A stretch of DNA of 64,000 bases from Ranitomeya imitator (taxonomy: Eukaryota): NCBI RefSeq assembly GCF_032444005.1, contig NC_091285.1:38378001-38442000 (forward strand), read 5' to 3'. Made by a program: the position numbers and the translations under genes. The number at the start of each line of letters is the position of its first letter. The first letter of the stretch is position 1. Under the pieces are notes generated by a model. The model was not told the DNA's origin. It worked only from the letters and a program-made list of their open reading frames with translations, and did no database searches. Shown here one piece after another: positions 61,796-64,000 of this stretch.

Positions 61796-62780
61796 TGTTA
61801 CAGAGAAGTGGGGTCAGTGGGTGCTCTTGTCCGCTGACCCGGCTGTCTTTAGCAAGACTGCATGGACCACGGCTCATACCACTGAACGCCCGCTCTATCT
61901 CCCAGTGGGCAATACACTACAGACAACACAGGGTTAAGGTAAAACAGGGCAGAACTACTTTATTGAACCACAGCACACAATAGCAAACAGAGCATACCCA
62001 ATATGCCTGGAATTGTATGGGTACATGGGCGCATATAAAATATCACTGCGTTTCCAGTATGACATGATGCCAGAGCTCCCAGGGTCGCTACTCCATCTGT
62101 GGATGAACGCACAGAGAAGGGGCAGTGACCAGCATAGGGAGATGACCAAGAACTGTCCATGGTGCAGAGATGGTCACTGGATCAGATCTGTGTCCTTCCA
62201 ACCGGAGCCAAAAACTCCTAGGTTGTATCCTATAGAATCCTAGATCATTGTCCCTCGTGATGGTGCCATCATGAATTGGCTGCAGGCCTTTCTATTGTCT
62301 CTTGGGTGGTTTGCAGAATGTCCAGCTGGTAGCTCTGTATTACTTCAGACTCCCCCAGGATGTGATCTCTCAGTCTTTTTATACCCAAGGCATGTAAGCT
62401 ATTTTTAGAATTACCCAGTGTCCTTTAGTTCAACATCAAGATTGGCAAACAATGGTGATGAGATTACCTAGTACTACTTGACCACTCAATCTATTTGCAC
62501 AGTCTTTCCTTCTCTGCTTTAGAAGTCACCAAGCTAGTTCTGGAATTCAATGTACAATTTGCATATCAGCACACATCAATAAACAAAGACACACAATGTA
62601 CAAGTCACTATTACGGACTTACTGTATGTTAAATGATATCAGTTTGCAAGTCTGTCTTCATGAACCACCAGACATAAACACTTAAATGCACAAGCCAATA
62701 TACAAATGAAAAGTCGGTTCTTATTGGTTTGCAAAAATGTAGCTGTCTGGGTAATTAAGACACAATCTGGTTTCTTCACA
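61796..62780 (-). mobile_element. Solo LTR (985 bp) with 5-bp TSD CCCTA
   Basis: TGTTACA...CTTCACA termini with CCCTA at 61791-61795 and 62781-62785. TTTATT near 61959 gives AATAAA on the minus strand, which sets the inferred strand. Confidence 0.82.
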
Positions 62781-64000
62781 CCCTAATAGTTATTTTACAC
62801 TTTCTCATGGAAACAACCTTGAGGGGGTTGTCCTACACACAGTACATTCTAATGAATAGATCTGACTTTAATGTATTCTGTTATGTAAAAGCAGTATAAA
62901 GCATATGGCCTAATTTAGATATAATAAATCATAAAAACCTTGACTAATGTGTAACTCAGGGTACGTTTGTATAACGGTGATATCCACATAGTGAATCCTC
63001 CATTCATGGTATAATGACCCTGCTGTACCCCCCCCCCCCCCGCCCCCACCCCAACACAGTGATTGTTCAACTAAAATCCCCACACAGACCTCCACACACT
63101 ATAATGGGCCCACACTAAATAAAAAAAAAAAAAAAATTGCCTCAGCCCTTTCCCCAGCTGCTCATCTTTTCATGGTGTCTGCAGATCCTCTTGGTACAGT
63201 GGGATTGTTGTGATAACATCATTGCGATAGCAGACCAATGAATGATGTTAGAGGAAGGGTCGGCTGATGCTCCCTCCTCATTGCTTTCATCTCTATCGGC
63301 ATCTAGGATGCTGATAAAGTTGAGTAGACATGTAGTGCCACCCATTCTTCAAGTCAAGAGCTCTGACCAAAAAGCTTATTCAGACTTGAAGAGCACGGGC
63401 TACTGCCCCGATTAAAGGCCTTGTTGTCACTTTGCAAAATTTCCTCTCTTGAATCATTTTTCAAAACAAATGGATGCAAAGGATATTTGGGTCAAATTCC
63501 CTCCCTCATTTGTTTCGTGACCCATGGTTAAGGTTGCTCACCTCTTGGTTAAAGGGAACCTGTCACTAGTTTTGTCCTGTCAACTAAAACTATAGAAAGG
63601 AATATCAACTGCACTCTCAAAGTAAATGTTAAAGATACTTATTGATTGGTACACATCAAAGAAGCATGAACCCGTTAAACAGATTAGCGACAAATAAGGA
63701 AGATGTTTCAACCCATCCTGGATTTTTATCACAAGGTTGCAGTGTATCTGAATCCATGAAATACAGCATATGCAAGCATGAGCTTCTTAAAGCAGTCCCA
63801 CATATCCAGATAATTCCGGTACCAGAATTATCCGTGCCTGCGCATTTCTGTGGCACATCAGTGTGGCACACGTGTGCCCACTGGGTACCACACGCACCGT
63901 GCAGGAGACAGTGCTAAAGTTTAGCGCTGTCCCCTGCATCGTGCTGAAGCTGTCATTCATATGTTCTGTGCAGCAGCGTTTGCTGTAGAGAAGATATGAA

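Noticed and set aside
60540-64000. A fourth ZP4 copy
   Set aside because: No signal-peptide exon, TATA/ATG arrangement or trefoil exon was found before the window ends. One beyond 64 kb cannot be excluded.

Overview
Eukaryotic, repeat-rich vertebrate DNA. The TE families and gene content suggest an anuran amphibian (inference). The window opens with the last two exons of a secreted PDGFRL-like Ig-domain gene (+, 3216-3697). It is dominated by a head-to-tail array of three apparently intact, strongly diverged ZP4/ZPB-type egg-coat glycoprotein genes on the + strand. I reconstructed all exons by hand from GT-AG junctions: A 19562-26026 (545 aa), B 39208-45928 (548 aa, or 591 aa with an extra exon) and C 54729-60539 (543 aa). 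Each encodes signal peptide, ZP-N1, trefoil, ZP module, furin site, EHP and TM. Copy B carries a candidate 13th in-frame exon, and copy A has a candidate TM-less terminal exon. The rest is TE sequence: an L2 LINE with intact ORF2 nested in a Harbinger MITE, its partner V-SINEs, a CR1 with intact RT just behind ZP4-B, an internally deleted Ngaro (tyrosine recombinase) retrotransposon that keeps all four split repeats and an SGNH esterase ORF, a satellite-laden Helitron, two Tc1 relics, solo LTRs with target-site duplications (TSDs), and many palindromic PIF/Harbinger non-autonomous elements, several with CTCF-like motifs. One assembly gap lies at 6383-6523. All coordinates and counts were made by eye; no alignments or database searches were run.
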